Source of the DNA: Lingula anatina
Taxonomy: Eukaryota > Animalia > Brachiopoda
Assembly (NCBI GenBank): GCA_051362555.1
Contig: CM120642.1
Coordinates: 27,714,001-27,778,000, forward strand
Reading direction: 5' to 3'
DNA length: 64,000 nucleotides
Each line of letters begins with the position of its first letter. Position 1 is the first letter of the stretch. A program made the position numbers and the translations under genes. The notes below the pieces were generated by a model. The model saw nothing but the letters and a program-made list of their open reading frames with translations. It searched no databases and had not been told where the DNA came from. This document shows positions 50,211 through 62,491 of the stretch, in pieces.

Positions 50211-53200
50211 TCAAAATAGCATTAGGATGACTAGTATGACAATGGACCTGACCGTCTTAGCACCAACAGTGGCGGACATATTAGCACCTACATAATAAAT
50301 GGAGTGTTTATATACTTTTACAAAACTATGTGCAAAACATATAAAATCAAGAAAGGAGAGTATTCAACCTTAGCTGCTCACACCATAATCTTCAATAAAA
50401 GCAACTATCATGAGAGGTAATATGTTTACATTCTGTATGGTATTAAATTAGTGGTGACAGTATAGCTTTGTAAAGAAGCATGTTTAATACTGTATTTACC
50501 ATTTGCACTGGTACATGTAATTCCACTTGTTGTCTTGTTGATCTCCGTTGATGTTTTAATCACATCAGAAGTGCGTGTTTCCTCCGAGCTAAAATGATAT
50601 ACATGAGGAAAACATAATGTAATGATAAATGCTTGTTATTTTAGGAATAGTTAAATAGAGTTGACTAGTTCCTGTACTGGTGTGGCAGGAGCACACGTCT
50701 TAGTAACGCAAGTCCTCCCTGGGAGTGCATTGCTGGGAATGAAAGTCCTAAGACATACATTATAAGGATTCAATGTCCGTAGGATGAAGGCTCCCATGTA
50801 ATGAAAGTCATAAGTATAGGACTAATGGGACGTGCATTCCTAAAATTTCAGTAACGCATGTCCTATATAGTTTACACATAAAACTATGAATATAGACATA
50901 TCGGGAGCGTTCAGAACAAGTTGAGCTGCAGACTAACAGCGATGTTTTGATTTTCTGATAGGCAGTTTATATCCATTTATTGATAAAGAAACAAAAAGTA
51001 ACACAGCCTTCATAGTTTTCTTCATTTGTATATTGTGTATATTTTTCTACTCAACGTTAATTAAGTTACATGCGTTAGTGCATCATTTGACAATACTTCC
51101 TCTCTCGGAGCAACAATATGTATAAGCCCGTTTTGTATGATATTTTTTTAAACAAGAAAATAAGGTCCCAGCCAAGGCAACATCTCTTCTTTTCCTCCCT
51201 TGCAATCTTGACGCAATACAAATACACTGATAAAACTTTCAGGCTAATAGAAATTTAGTCAAAAATGATTATCTTTGTAGTTGTCATTACTCGCTCTTTT
51301 TATGACTCTTTTTTCTTTTAGTGTGGTTTTTGGTGGATACTTATTCTTAGTGAGATAGATTTTCCGTATGTTACATGTAGGACCTTAAAATGGATTACTG
51401 CAACAGGAATAAAAGTCCACTAGTAATACAAGTCCTGCCTACTATAATTATCGGCCAGGAACCCAAGTCCCTGTAGGACTATTATTCCCAAGTAATGGTA
51501 GTCATACGGACAACCATTAGAACCACTGCGGACTTGGACTACTGTTATGCCGGACTCTCTGTCATGTTACACCTGTATTCGCCACTCTACTATGTCTCGC
51601 TGTGGTTAACAAAATGGCAATATACCTGGAACATTCACAACACCACATAAAAACCACAACACCGCACGAAAGTCACAACATCACACAATGGGTCAAGTTT
51701 GAATGGTCCCCTGGAGCAAACATGATACACATGATACACATGATACTCAGGTTTGCTACTAGCCTCTGTATTTTCAGGAAACAAGTAAACAAAAAATGCC
51801 AAATTCCTCATGTTTACTATATAACACATTCAATGAAAATCTGAGTGAAGGATTTTATGTTTATGAATATTTTTAGTACTACATGCACAAGAACTTAGGA
51901 TCGTCCATGACACCCTGAACACAAGTGCACATATTACCTTAAACGAACAGGTTGGCATTGCTTAAACTTTCTTGTTTTATTGCCCTCGTCAACAACATCT
52001 GGTGTCAATTCTTCAATTAATCCTGCAAATAATTGGCAAGCAAGTAAAATGACAGGAAATCACCCTACTAAAATTTTATAATTTAAAATCACTTTATTAC
52101 TCTGTAATTCATTTCAGGGAGCGAGTTTGAAAATGTAAATTAAGATTGCCATGTTTGGCTCATTATGACAATATTACGGTAAGTTTGTATCTCTTCAGGC
52201 AACAGCTATATTAAATTTAATGTATAGGCCTACATCTTTTTAATTGGCATCTACATCACACTATAACCATTATTCAGTGTTGACATTTTTTCACTTAAAT
52301 GAGACATACTGCAGGGACATAACATTTTCTTTGACAGGCCCATATTTTACATCTACACTAAACTCACCATGTTCAGTACGTATTTTCGGAATGTACCCGT
52401 CAGGGCATTTTTTGCAATGACAAGAATCTTCTGGGTTGTTGCCTTGGTCACAATCACGTGGCTTTTTTGGTGCATATCCTCCCGTTTCGTTGCACCAACA
52501 TTTAGCATTCTGGAAATATGCAAAAAAATATTTAGTAGTACTTGTAGAAGTACAATTCTCAAGTGAAACGCACAGTTACACTCTGCATGGAGAACTGCCT
52601 GTTACCAAAAGATTGCTGGCTCCATGAGCCCTGGAAACAAGTACTTTGCATGGCGTATTTTTTCAATCTCTCTCTCTCAGTACAGAGTTCTCTGTATCAG
52701 TCTATATGGCTTGTTAAATGTAAAGTATGTAATCGTTAACTTCTAATTAACAAATCTATTATTCCGTTGTCATTGTAATTATTAAATTTTAATGTAAAAT
52801 CTGACACAATGTAATTAATGTAGCCAAATGTTCACAAGCATAACGAAGCTCTGTTTTTGCTCCAAGTTAAGTAAGATAAGTCCATAGGACTGAAAATTCT
52901 CATTTATTAATGACGAAAACTAATAAGATACAAAGTTACAGAACTGGGGAGATATCAAACATACCCCAAACTATATAAGTGCCATAATATAAAAATAATA
53001 AAGTATGTTAATGAGTGTAACCAAGATTAATTAAGAAAAATATGAGAAATCACAACAGCTATAGGAGCAAAAGGTTGGCGCAAATGAAAATAAAAGGCAG
53101 TTTGGTAATATGGCGGTTTGATATCGATTGAAATAAAATCTAAAAAATTAAGGAAATTTTGCATACGCACCATACGACAATGCTATATTCTTATAAACTG

Positions 53201-53453
53201 CTCTCATGGTGTCGCAATTTGTTTCTATTCATAAGAACAAGTATAAAAATTCAAATGGGTAGGAAAGGAGCTGAAAATAAACATCATGTCCTTACCGATA
53301 CGTTAGTGCCTCTCAAAAGAGTGATCTGCCCAAGGGTATTACATATAACCCATCTCTCGCAGCGAACGTTAGATTGTACGGAGATCCATTTACTTTGAAA
53401 TGTGCCATCTCCACATGATGTGCATTCATTTCCTGCAGCATTGGGCATGTATC
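50211..53453 (-). CDS. TNF-receptor-superfamily-like protein (cysteine-rich domains, S/T stalk, C-terminal hydrophobic GPI-like tail); 5' exons unresolved
   Basis: Exons 53453-53296 (GYMPNAAGNECTSCGDGTFQSKWISVQSNVRCERWVICNTLGQITLLRGTNVS), 52509-52368 (NAKCWCNETGGY...CDQGNNPEDSCHCKKCPDGYIPK), 52022-51938, 50588-50500 (S/T-rich) and 50287-50211 (GANMSATVGAKTVRSIVILVILMLF*). All GT-AG with matching phases 0,1,2,1. Confidence 0.78.
50679..51574. mobile_element. Possible non-autonomous DNA element in a TNFR intron
   Basis: GGTGT...ACACC ends flanked by tgtact/tgtatt (possible 6-bp TSD); subterminal AGTCC/GGACT motif clusters at both ends. Confidence 0.35.
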
Positions 53454-54915
53454 CTACAAAAAGAAAGGGAAATATATCATGGAGAGAGGTTTACAATATG
53501 AACAAATGTCTTTAACCAGTTCTGAGCATCCGGTGTGAGGAATGCATGGCCCTGGGAGGGTCCTATGGCTGTCCATAGGATGAACTGTCCTACCCGATTC
53601 AAGATTCCTAGTTTTTATATACGCAGCTAAAACATACTCTTGTCGGACATCATTTCCTTTTACATATACACAAAAACACAAGTCCTACATATTTAATGTC
53701 TGTCCGAACAATAATAATAAACACGAACCGATAAACATATCGGTAATTTTCAGTCGGTTGGTCGCAGCGTCCACACAAGATAGTGAGTAAGGCGTCTGGA
53801 TGAAATACCAATAACGTAGAGAAAAGTGAGTCCCAATCCTCAACAGCAGTGTTACTCGCTATATGCAGAAATTTTCTTAATTTATTCTCCATTTCAAGGA
53901 ACAAAACGCACTTTATAAGCACATTTGTGTATAATTAGTATTATTTTGATGAAGAACGAATTAAAATTATTTAAATTTGTTTCAATTTAAATATTAAGAG
54001 TTTTTAAACAATGAGCTATTTTAGAATTTCTTTAATCCCATCGAGGGAGACTATTGGAGGTCGTGGCTGAGTTTTACTGGACAAGTAGTGGGCGCTCTAC
54101 AGTATATAAGAGCATGCAATGTCATGCTTCTTGCCTCTTCCTAAAAGTACAAAGAAATAAAATGGGAAATTCGGGAACCAGAGCCATCATTTCAGATATC
54201 ACGAGATATCAGATGAGTTTAAAAAATGAGGTGGCAAGAATGTTAAGACTAATAGTAGAAATACATGTCTGCACGTCCACGGTACTGGGTAAAACATTGG
54301 GACATGGGGAACATGGTGCTGATCTTGTGAGTAATCTTTCCGCTTAAAATGTGCATCGTATTTTGCTTTGAATTTGCATTGAATTTCATTGAATTTGAAT
54401 TCATTTTGGAAATGTAACATGAAACGCCTACAAAAATTATTAGCAAAGAGTACACTTAACGTCACAGAGTTGGGAAAGCACGCTGCAATTCTGAATTGGC
54501 GGTTAAACAGCGACGATATAAAATCGTCTTTTGTGTGCACGCTCCCCGTTTATAATATACATTGTATTTTGCTTCACATTTATTAAGTTAGGAAAATGTA
54601 ATATTAAACTCACACAAAAATTATCAGGGAAGAGTTGGGAAAGAACGCTGCGATCCTGAATCAGCGATGACATGACTCGTTTTTCGTGAGTTGCACGCCG
54701 AAAAGTGGGTCTGTCCTTTTTCATCTTTTGTGGAAATAAGTGCGCGTGACAAATTATTAAAACAATGCTCGGTTAGAATTGGAAAACAATTACATTGACA
54801 GTGTAGGTCTATATCATGTTAATGCTTTTCTTTATTATTTTGCTGTTTCATATCGCCCTCCCAGTGAAAAAAAAAACGATAAAGGTGTATCAAGAAAACA
54901 AACTTCACTGGTTGC

Positions 54916-56404
54916 TTTTTATGTACAGACACAGATGTGTCTGTACATATAGCCATCATCTGCGTCTGTCGTCGCCGTCGTCGCCGTCGTCGCCGTGCAC
55001 TTTTACCGATAACACGATAAGTGGAAAACCATTTTACCTTTTGACTTGAAACTTGCAGAACTGATGAATATTCATAATACGCAGGTCAAGTTCGAAAATC
55101 AGCATGATCGGGTCACTTTTAGGGAATTTATGCTGTTTTTTCACTTTTTTCAGCATATATGCAGCACCGATAACACGATAAGTGGAAAACCATTTTACCT
55201 TTTGACTTGAAACTTACAGAACCGATGAATATTCATAATACGCAGGTCAAGTTCGAAAATCAGCATGATCGGGTCACTTTTAGGGTATTTATGCTGTTTT
55301 TTTAATTTTTTCAGCATATATGCAGCACCGATAACACGATAAGTGGAAAACCATTTTACCTTTTGACTTGAAACTTACAGAACTGATGAATATTCATAAT
55401 ACGCAGGTCAAGTTAAAAAATCAGCATGATTGGGCCATTTTGAGGGAATTTATGCTGTTTTTTCACTATTTTCAATATAAATGCAAAACTGATAACACAA
55501 TATAAGAAAAACGGATTGGCCAATTGTAATTATACTCACAGGAGTGGTCAATCTTACTAAAACCAGGTTGAGTTCGAAAATCAGCATAATTGGGCCATTA
55601 TTTTAGAAGTTATACTGTTTTTTTCACATTTCCTCAGATTCAATTATTAGGCATGTTAACAGTCTCATTAAAAGTGTTTGTTTGATATTTCCTGCATCTT
55701 TACAACATTGTTAGTTGATTATGTAAAAAACATGGTAAACTTGTTATCATGTATTGTGTAATAAAGTGTCAAAAATGGAAATAAACTCATATCATTGAAG
55801 TTTGTCAGATTCAATCATCCACTATGTTCAGAATCTCAGAATGGAGGAAATTGGACATTTAACACTGTTCTATTGATACTTTTCCCATCTCATCAATTTT
55901 CTTAGTTGGTCATATAAAAATGGCAGTAAAATGTTTATTTTGTTTTATGTTAAAAAAGTGTTAAAAATGGAAATAAACCCATTTCAGAACAGTGCTATCT
56001 TGTTTACATTTTGGCATTTTCAAGGTGTGACTTTGAAGTTCCATGGGCCTGAAGACCTTTGCTAGTCACATTTTCTGAATATCTGTGATACAAATATTTT
56101 ATAATTAAAAATTGATGGTCATTAAGCTGTTAAACATTATGTAATATTGCATCAAAATTTGAAGAAACCCCTATTTTGGGCACTGCTTCCATGATGACCA
56201 CTTAAGGAAATTTATGTCACTTACTGTTCTCAAACTTACAGGAAAGAAACATGGGACTAAAATACAGCTTCAGTAGGCAATGCAGTCTGTTTGGTAAATT
56301 TTTTTGGCAATTTAACAGTTTTTTGTGAAAATTTAATTTTTCACTTATTTGCATCTTTATTTTCTGTTCTTTGTCTGTACATTTGACAGCTTTGCTGCCT
56401 TGTT
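54916..56404 (+). mobile_element. Helentron-associated non-autonomous element (HINE/DINE-1-like) carrying a ~161-bp satellite array
   Basis: 5' TTTTT + subTIR/hairpin atgtacagacacagatgtgtctgtacat, then a (GTC/GCC) microsatellite, then 3-4 tandem ~161-bp units (about 55005-55630). The 3' end has the inverted subTIR tgtctgtacat, a hairpin gacagctttgctgcc, and TTGTT. Confidence 0.8.
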
Positions 56405-56479
56405 ATATAATCTGCAGCTTATGTATAGCTAGGGAACGAGCCAAGTGATTACTGCTGATTGAGGGACGCTATATGTTCG

Positions 56480-57403
56480 CTTAATGCGTGCTGAATGCGC
56501 GGGTCATCCGTCCCCTGCGTCAAATACCCGTTGTGCATTCGTTGGGTTTTTTTTTTGCACGTGCTTTATATATTCGATCTTCATGCGCCCTTTATACGCA
56601 AAGTAGCCAACAAAACGCTATGTATAAGCTATTAGCTTGCACTTTTCTGGCACATTCTGTCAAAAGTTGGACGCACAACAGCTCATTTGGCATATTTTCA
56701 TGTGTTCTGTAGGTGTGACCGGACCTTGACAATTGACGGCGTCCTTTCTGCGTCCCGTCTGCGTTCAAAAATGGGTCTAGGACGCTCAATGGTCGCCAAA
56801 GGAATTAAATCGTGTCTCAGTGTAAAGGCATCTGCGTCCGTTGTGCGTCCTTTGAACGGCTGAATCTTGATTTTACCTGTTAAACTGCGAGCGACGTGTG
56901 CGTCCGGTCCGCCTTCCTTGTGCGTCCCCTGTGTAACCCACGGCGTCCATTGCCATGTTAAAGCGGCCATTGAGCATCCTTGCTGCGTTCTCTGTACCTT
57001 CATCGGCGATCAGTGGCGTCCATTCTACTATCTTTCTGCCTTATGCTTGACCGATGTGCGTTGTTTGGGCGTCCTTCGATATATCTAACTCACTTATATT
57101 TTTTCATCGGTTCTAACCAGGTCAACCAATTAAGAACATTTTCAGAATAAAAAAACAGACGTGAAGTTTTTAAAACTTTAGTCATGCAAGGTCTGCATGG
57201 ATTGACAATAAGCCAGTTGCTCATTGTTATCCTTATAAAAAAAGATGGGCAGGCGCCGAAAACGACTGACACAACACATGTGTAATGTTTGAATCCTTTT
57301 TCAAATGACGCATTCAGCAAAAAGTTTCGACAATTACTGCATCGTGTAAAAAAGGCAAAACAGAGGATGCAGAAAGGACGCCGTCCAGTGTAATAGGGTT
57401 TTA
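56480..57403. mobile_element. CGTCC/GGACG-rich relic, probably a Harbinger-type non-autonomous element
   Basis: Dense cgtcc/tgcgt motifs and an end 'ccagtgtaatagggttttaa'; left TIR not found. Confidence 0.35.
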
Positions 57404-58310
57404 AGAGGGACGGCCACAACTATGGTCTTTCCTCTGTAATAAAAAACCTTCTAATTTCGTATGTTAAATAGATGAGGCAGGTATTTTCGACTCCTTTCTA
57501 AACGGTAATTACACTGTTTACCGTGTCTTACAATAGTACAGTAGAAATAATAATTATGTTTCCGTTGTACGACGTTTTAAAAGCGTCAGAATGTTTTAAT
57601 CCCTATCCTGTGAATAGAAGGGGGCGGACAAACAATGGAAAGCCGTCTAATCCCTTCAAAATTCGAACGCAAAAACACAATTGTTTAGGCGTAATAACAC
57701 ACAATACCTTAGGCGAGTGAACCCCATGACGCCTGTTTCTGTGGTCCAGCGCGAGCGCGACAATCCGCTGTGACTAGGTGAAATTAACAGCAGGATACAT
57801 CAGCCAGAAGGTGCCCATTGTTTGTTGCGGCGATAGGATTATAGCTTTAAGATGCTAGAACCCATGCTAATGCGTGCCATTCCCATGGCCACCTATCCTT
57901 ATGTTCACTAGCTTGGCACACGCAGCTGATCATGTTTTAAGTGTTGCAAGATAACTGCTAGTTTAATTTAGTATCAGTTATTTAATTCAATATGAAGTGT
58001 TCTGTGGTCAAAAATTGAATTTGATAAACATGCATGAGCATCGTACATCAGCATGATCAACAAATCACCCCGTCTCAAAAAGTTTAAAGATGCTCCGTAC
58101 ACAAATTTTCATCATCGCGACCTGTGTAAAAATAGATTACTGTTTAGAAATAACAAAGAAAGAAACATTATTAAAACAATTTATTCACATTACAAGCTGA
58201 CGTGTTGCCTCAATTACTACATTAAGTTACATTTTATATAAAATAATAGAGCGAATCCGTAAAAGGATAATAATAGAAAATCTTAATAAATAAATAAATA
58301 AATAAATAAA

Positions 58311-58477
58311 CAGGCCCGCAGCCAGGGGGAGTTCAAGAGGTTCGAAAGAACCCCCTTTTGCTGAAAAAAGGTCCACTCTGGGTAAAATTTGACATAAGTA
58401 CATGGGGGTTTTTCGGTAAAAGGTCCACTTTTTCAGAAAAAGACCCCCCCCCCTTGAAATTGCTGGCTACGGGCTTG
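58311..58477. mobile_element. ~167-bp MITE (same family as 43017-43183), 5-bp TSD ATAAA
   Basis: ataaa-caggcccgcagccag ... ctggctacgggcttg-ataaa, inserted in a (TAAA)n run. Confidence 0.8.
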
Positions 58478-59399
58478 ATAAATAAATAAATAAATAATTT
58501 AAAGAATTAAGTAAATAATTAGATGACATTAAGAAGATAAAAATTAGATGGTATAAATCATTAAAAAAAGGTAAATTATTTCAAATAATTTAATAAATAT
58601 ATTATGATTTAATAATTAAATGAATAAATCGCTGTGAAGAAATAATCATTGTCGCAAATAACGCGGTGAGTGTCTACCCATTATCAAAGGCCACAGATAG
58701 ATTTTCACTAGTTACCATGATGTGTATCTGGTTATTTGATGGGACCTTTTGGCACGCGCGTTAGGGGAACGAGCACATTAACTAACTTCTTTTAAGATTA
58801 AAGTGAGTGTTCTATCATTTGAAAGCCAACAAAATATTTCATTCCACATTAGAGAAATTAGCCTCATAACTGGGTTTATGTAACTCTTCGCTGTTCAGAA
58901 ACAGTTATAAAGGAAAGTTAGATTTTGCTTGTATGAAACACACTTTTTATTTTGATAAAAATCGACTGCGCATGCAGCATATTGATATAAGGCTTTCGAT
59001 GATGATTGTGCATGAAACGTCAAGTCATTTTTCCTTTTCATAATAGTGCTGGGCACCCAGGTGTTGAATCTTTTACTCGACGTGCATCTCCTAATATTGT
59101 ATAGGCATGATTTCAGGTTGTCCGGGAGCGATGACGATTGCGTTCATAATGGGTTGTTTGCAGCATAAGGCCCTTATGCTTTGTGATATATGTGAATAAA
59201 CCTAGCTTACTAAATAACTATTACCAAAGTGAAGCATGGCTTTAGGTTTAACAGTCCAAGATTTATTCAATATGGGCAGTTAACTTGGACCAGTCTTGTT
59301 TCATTAACTTTGCGAATGGAAGTCTCCGTCGTCAACGTAAATTTCCAATATGATTTTACATTACTTATCTGATTTAACAATCTTATTGTTTACGTTTTG

Positions 59400-60030
59400 T
59401 TTAAGGTTGTATGAGAAAAGATAATAATCGCGTTTAACAATAGATTGAGGGTTACAGTAAGTCCCTCCTCTTTGGGCGATGTCGAAGACTGTTAATTCAA
59501 CGTACTTTCATAAACATGTAGTGTGACCACACTGTCAGCCATCCCCCTTGTTGCACGTTGCAAGCGATTTGTCTCATAACTATGACAAGGCGTTCTTTTT
59601 TCTCGTTGTTGTTTAAAAACGGACCACTTTGTCAAGGCTAATTGCTTAGCTCTTTGCGCGTCATATGTACTTAGCTCTTTGCGCGTCATATGTAAACGCT
59701 AAGATATGAATGTTATACCGGGTAGTTGATTGTTTTGCCCGGGCGCCGCACTTATGCTTTCTTACTAGAGCGATCTAGAACAACTAAGTCGCTAGTTTTC
59801 CCTGTTTGTAACTGTAGCAAAATAAGTTCGACATGCCGTTTCTGCACGTCAGCCGGAGACACAGTAATTGTTTAAGGCATGGTTTAAGCTTGTTCGAGAG
59901 ATAATAACAGTCGCGTTTAACAATAGATAGTAAGACCCCCTCCTCTTTAAGATGTCTTACACTGTTAATATTGACCGCACTTTCATATATTATGTAATAC
60001 ACTGTCAGACTTTCCCCTGTTGCACGTTGG
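59400..60030. repeat. Degenerate ~150-bp direct repeat pair
   Basis: tcgcgtttaacaatagat...ccctcctcttt...actgtcag...tgttgcacgttg at about 59400-59560 and 59883-60030. Confidence 0.6.
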
Positions 60031-62270
60031 CGTTGGATTGTACTTGTGCCTCTGTCAATGCACCTCATTTAGTTAAAATATTTTTACCGCACAAACCTTT
60101 GTGGTTTAGAGTTATTAGTTTAGTAGTAGGAATAGGATGCTTGGACAAAAAGCTTCTAGTCAACTCGCTTAGACCTAGGGTGTGATGCTGTTATCATCCG
60201 AGGAAACACCTACACTGAATCCTCTACCTGAAGTCCCTAGCTGAAACAAAAAATGCCCCTTGAACCGGTTCATTTTTAAAGCGTCGAATCATTTTTGATA
60301 TCATTGAGCGTCTTTAAACGAAAGCTTTTAAGTGACAAAAACAGAACCGTGTGGTGATTATTTATTAAAGCGTAGGTTTATTCATCATGATCTATTTTGT
60401 AAACAATACTTGCCCAGATTTTACTTGGATTGAACATCGTCACTGTTTGGCTACTCGTCTATAATGCGTGCTGAACGACAGACAACTTATAAATATTATC
60501 TGTGTTACTGTGTATATGACCACGTTAAGTTAAAATAGAACGGTGTCCGTGATTTAATCCATCCAACATATTTATATTTCTCCTTTTAAAACCAGTGTTA
60601 GGTTAACATCAAGACAAAGCAAGCCTTGCAAATTGATTTTGTTTAAATTTTCGTAAATTAAGTAAAGCTAAGTAAAGCCTGTTTCTAGTTCATCCACGCT
60701 ATAAAACTGCATAAAGGATAACAAGTCTCTGTAGCCAATTAACTTTCACAATGTCCTGTGCTTTAGAGTCCCATGTTATACAATAAAATGAGTATGGCCT
60801 GAGAGAAATATAAATATGAGGCGGTGTATGAAGATGTTTCAAATAATAAAAATCAAGAATTTAAACATGTTCGGTACATACACATCACTTAATAAGTCAT
60901 TTCACAAGAATGGCATCTAATTTTTCAGATTAACCTCCACTTTTATCGATCTCAACGCCTTGTCTGATGTTTACATGTAGGCGGTATACTCCAATATTAA
61001 TTGCGAACAATATCAACAGCGACTCGAGATCGTTGCCTGTCTTTCACACTTTTACACAAACTCATGAAGGGTTAATAAAAGGATTCGCGTTGCGACATCT
61101 ATCTCTTTCTTTCGGACAAGCAAATTAAGGGCTGACCCGATGTAAGCTTTCATAACTTATTTCTCTTTGACTGTACAGGGGTATATTGTAATTACCCCAC
61201 TTGGTCGCCTCCATTGTCTTGTAACAGTGACAAAGAATGTGTTTTCACACGCTAGTTTACATAACTCCTTTACCTTGTGTCTTTATCAAGGTTATAATCA
61301 GTTTGAATAGGTTGTCTTGCCTCACTTAAAAGGGAGTTGTTCTTCACACTGGTTGTTGCCTAACTTATGCTAACCTACTTTGTACAATTATGGTTTTAAT
61401 ACATCGCCAAAATTATGACACTAGTGAACATTGTGTATCAAACGTTTTGATACCATTAAATAAATGTGCAGGAAGGATTACGGAATGAGTTACTATTTAC
61501 CCCCCCCCCCCCCCCCACCACGCGCCCCCCCAAAAAATGCTCTTTTGATTTCGAAATGAATTTGTTTTTAACGCAAAGAAGTCCAAAACCCCTTTCACGA
61601 CTCAGTCATTGTACAGCATGTTGTAATCGATATTTAAAAAAGTTAATTTTTGTACCCCGCCTTTCAGTGTTTATTGTGGTGCTTGCTTTCATCGGGGACA
61701 CTGCCTGTTGAGGTTACAATGACGTCGCTATCCTATCTCCATAGGTTACTGGAATATATCTAAGTACACGTAAAGCTTTGTAAAGTCTCTTTTGTCACAC
61801 ATCATAGTTATTGAATTTTGTCTTGAATGAAAAAATACCCTCAAATTATCGTTTTGTGCTTAAACGTTTCATAACTTGGACCGAAGTTTGATATACAGTG
61901 TACTGTAGCTACAATGGCATTCCTCAAGTTGGGTCTGCTGGGGGATGGGGGCATTTAAATGGTAAACGAAGAAGTCCAACTGTAAACAGCAGCGGTTTAA
62001 ATGATCGCTATCTCGGTTCCTTTTTCTTTGACAGCATCATAGAAAATGTTAAGGGAGAAAGTCACACATACCCACGGCGTTGTTTTGTCTTCAGCATTTC
62101 CTCCTTCTTGCTTACTGCAATTATTATCGCCAATTAATGAAACCGAGAAAGCAATTAAATGATGGCACATTGAATATAATCACTAGGTGCATTTTGCTGA
62201 GTGTTAACAAGATCTAACGAAACATTTTATTTCAAAATAAATTTATATGTGATTTTACCTCTGTCGTGTG

Positions 62271-62491
62271 TGTTATTTCAAACAATAGAACTATAAATAT
62301 TTTGATGCATCTAGAAAGATCTACATAATGGTTGTTGAATTATGAGTGAATGAACCATTGGGATGGCCCACAACGTCCGACACTATATACATTATGTAGA
62401 TCTTTCTAGATGCATCAAAATATTTATAGTTCTATTATTACCAAGATCTATACGGTGAATCAACATGAATCCTCAATGTTATTTCAAACAA
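62271..62491. mobile_element. Hairpin insertion (47-bp perfect inverted arms) bounded by a 15-bp direct repeat; arms resemble the Penelope terminus at 47.27-47.32 kb
   Basis: Arms 62284-62330 and 62390-62436; tgttatttcaaacaa at 62271-62285 and 62477-62491. Confidence 0.65.

Noticed and set aside
53454-54540. Candidate 5' exons of the TNFR-like gene (LCGRCDQP; PGPCIPHTGCSEL; SAPCSPCPN)
   Set aside because: No combination gave both a credible frame and a phase-1 GT donor plus signal peptide; left unresolved.
55005-55630. Regular repeats superficially like a CRISPR array
   Set aside because: Head-to-tail ~161-bp monomers with no unique spacers, eukaryotic context and no cas genes.
58991-59026. 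Second hammerhead-like string (ggctt-tcgatga-tgattgtgcat-gaaacgtc-aagtc)
   Set aside because: The core deviates at two positions, stem II is marginal and no Penelope ORF is adjacent; it could be chance or a very decayed copy.
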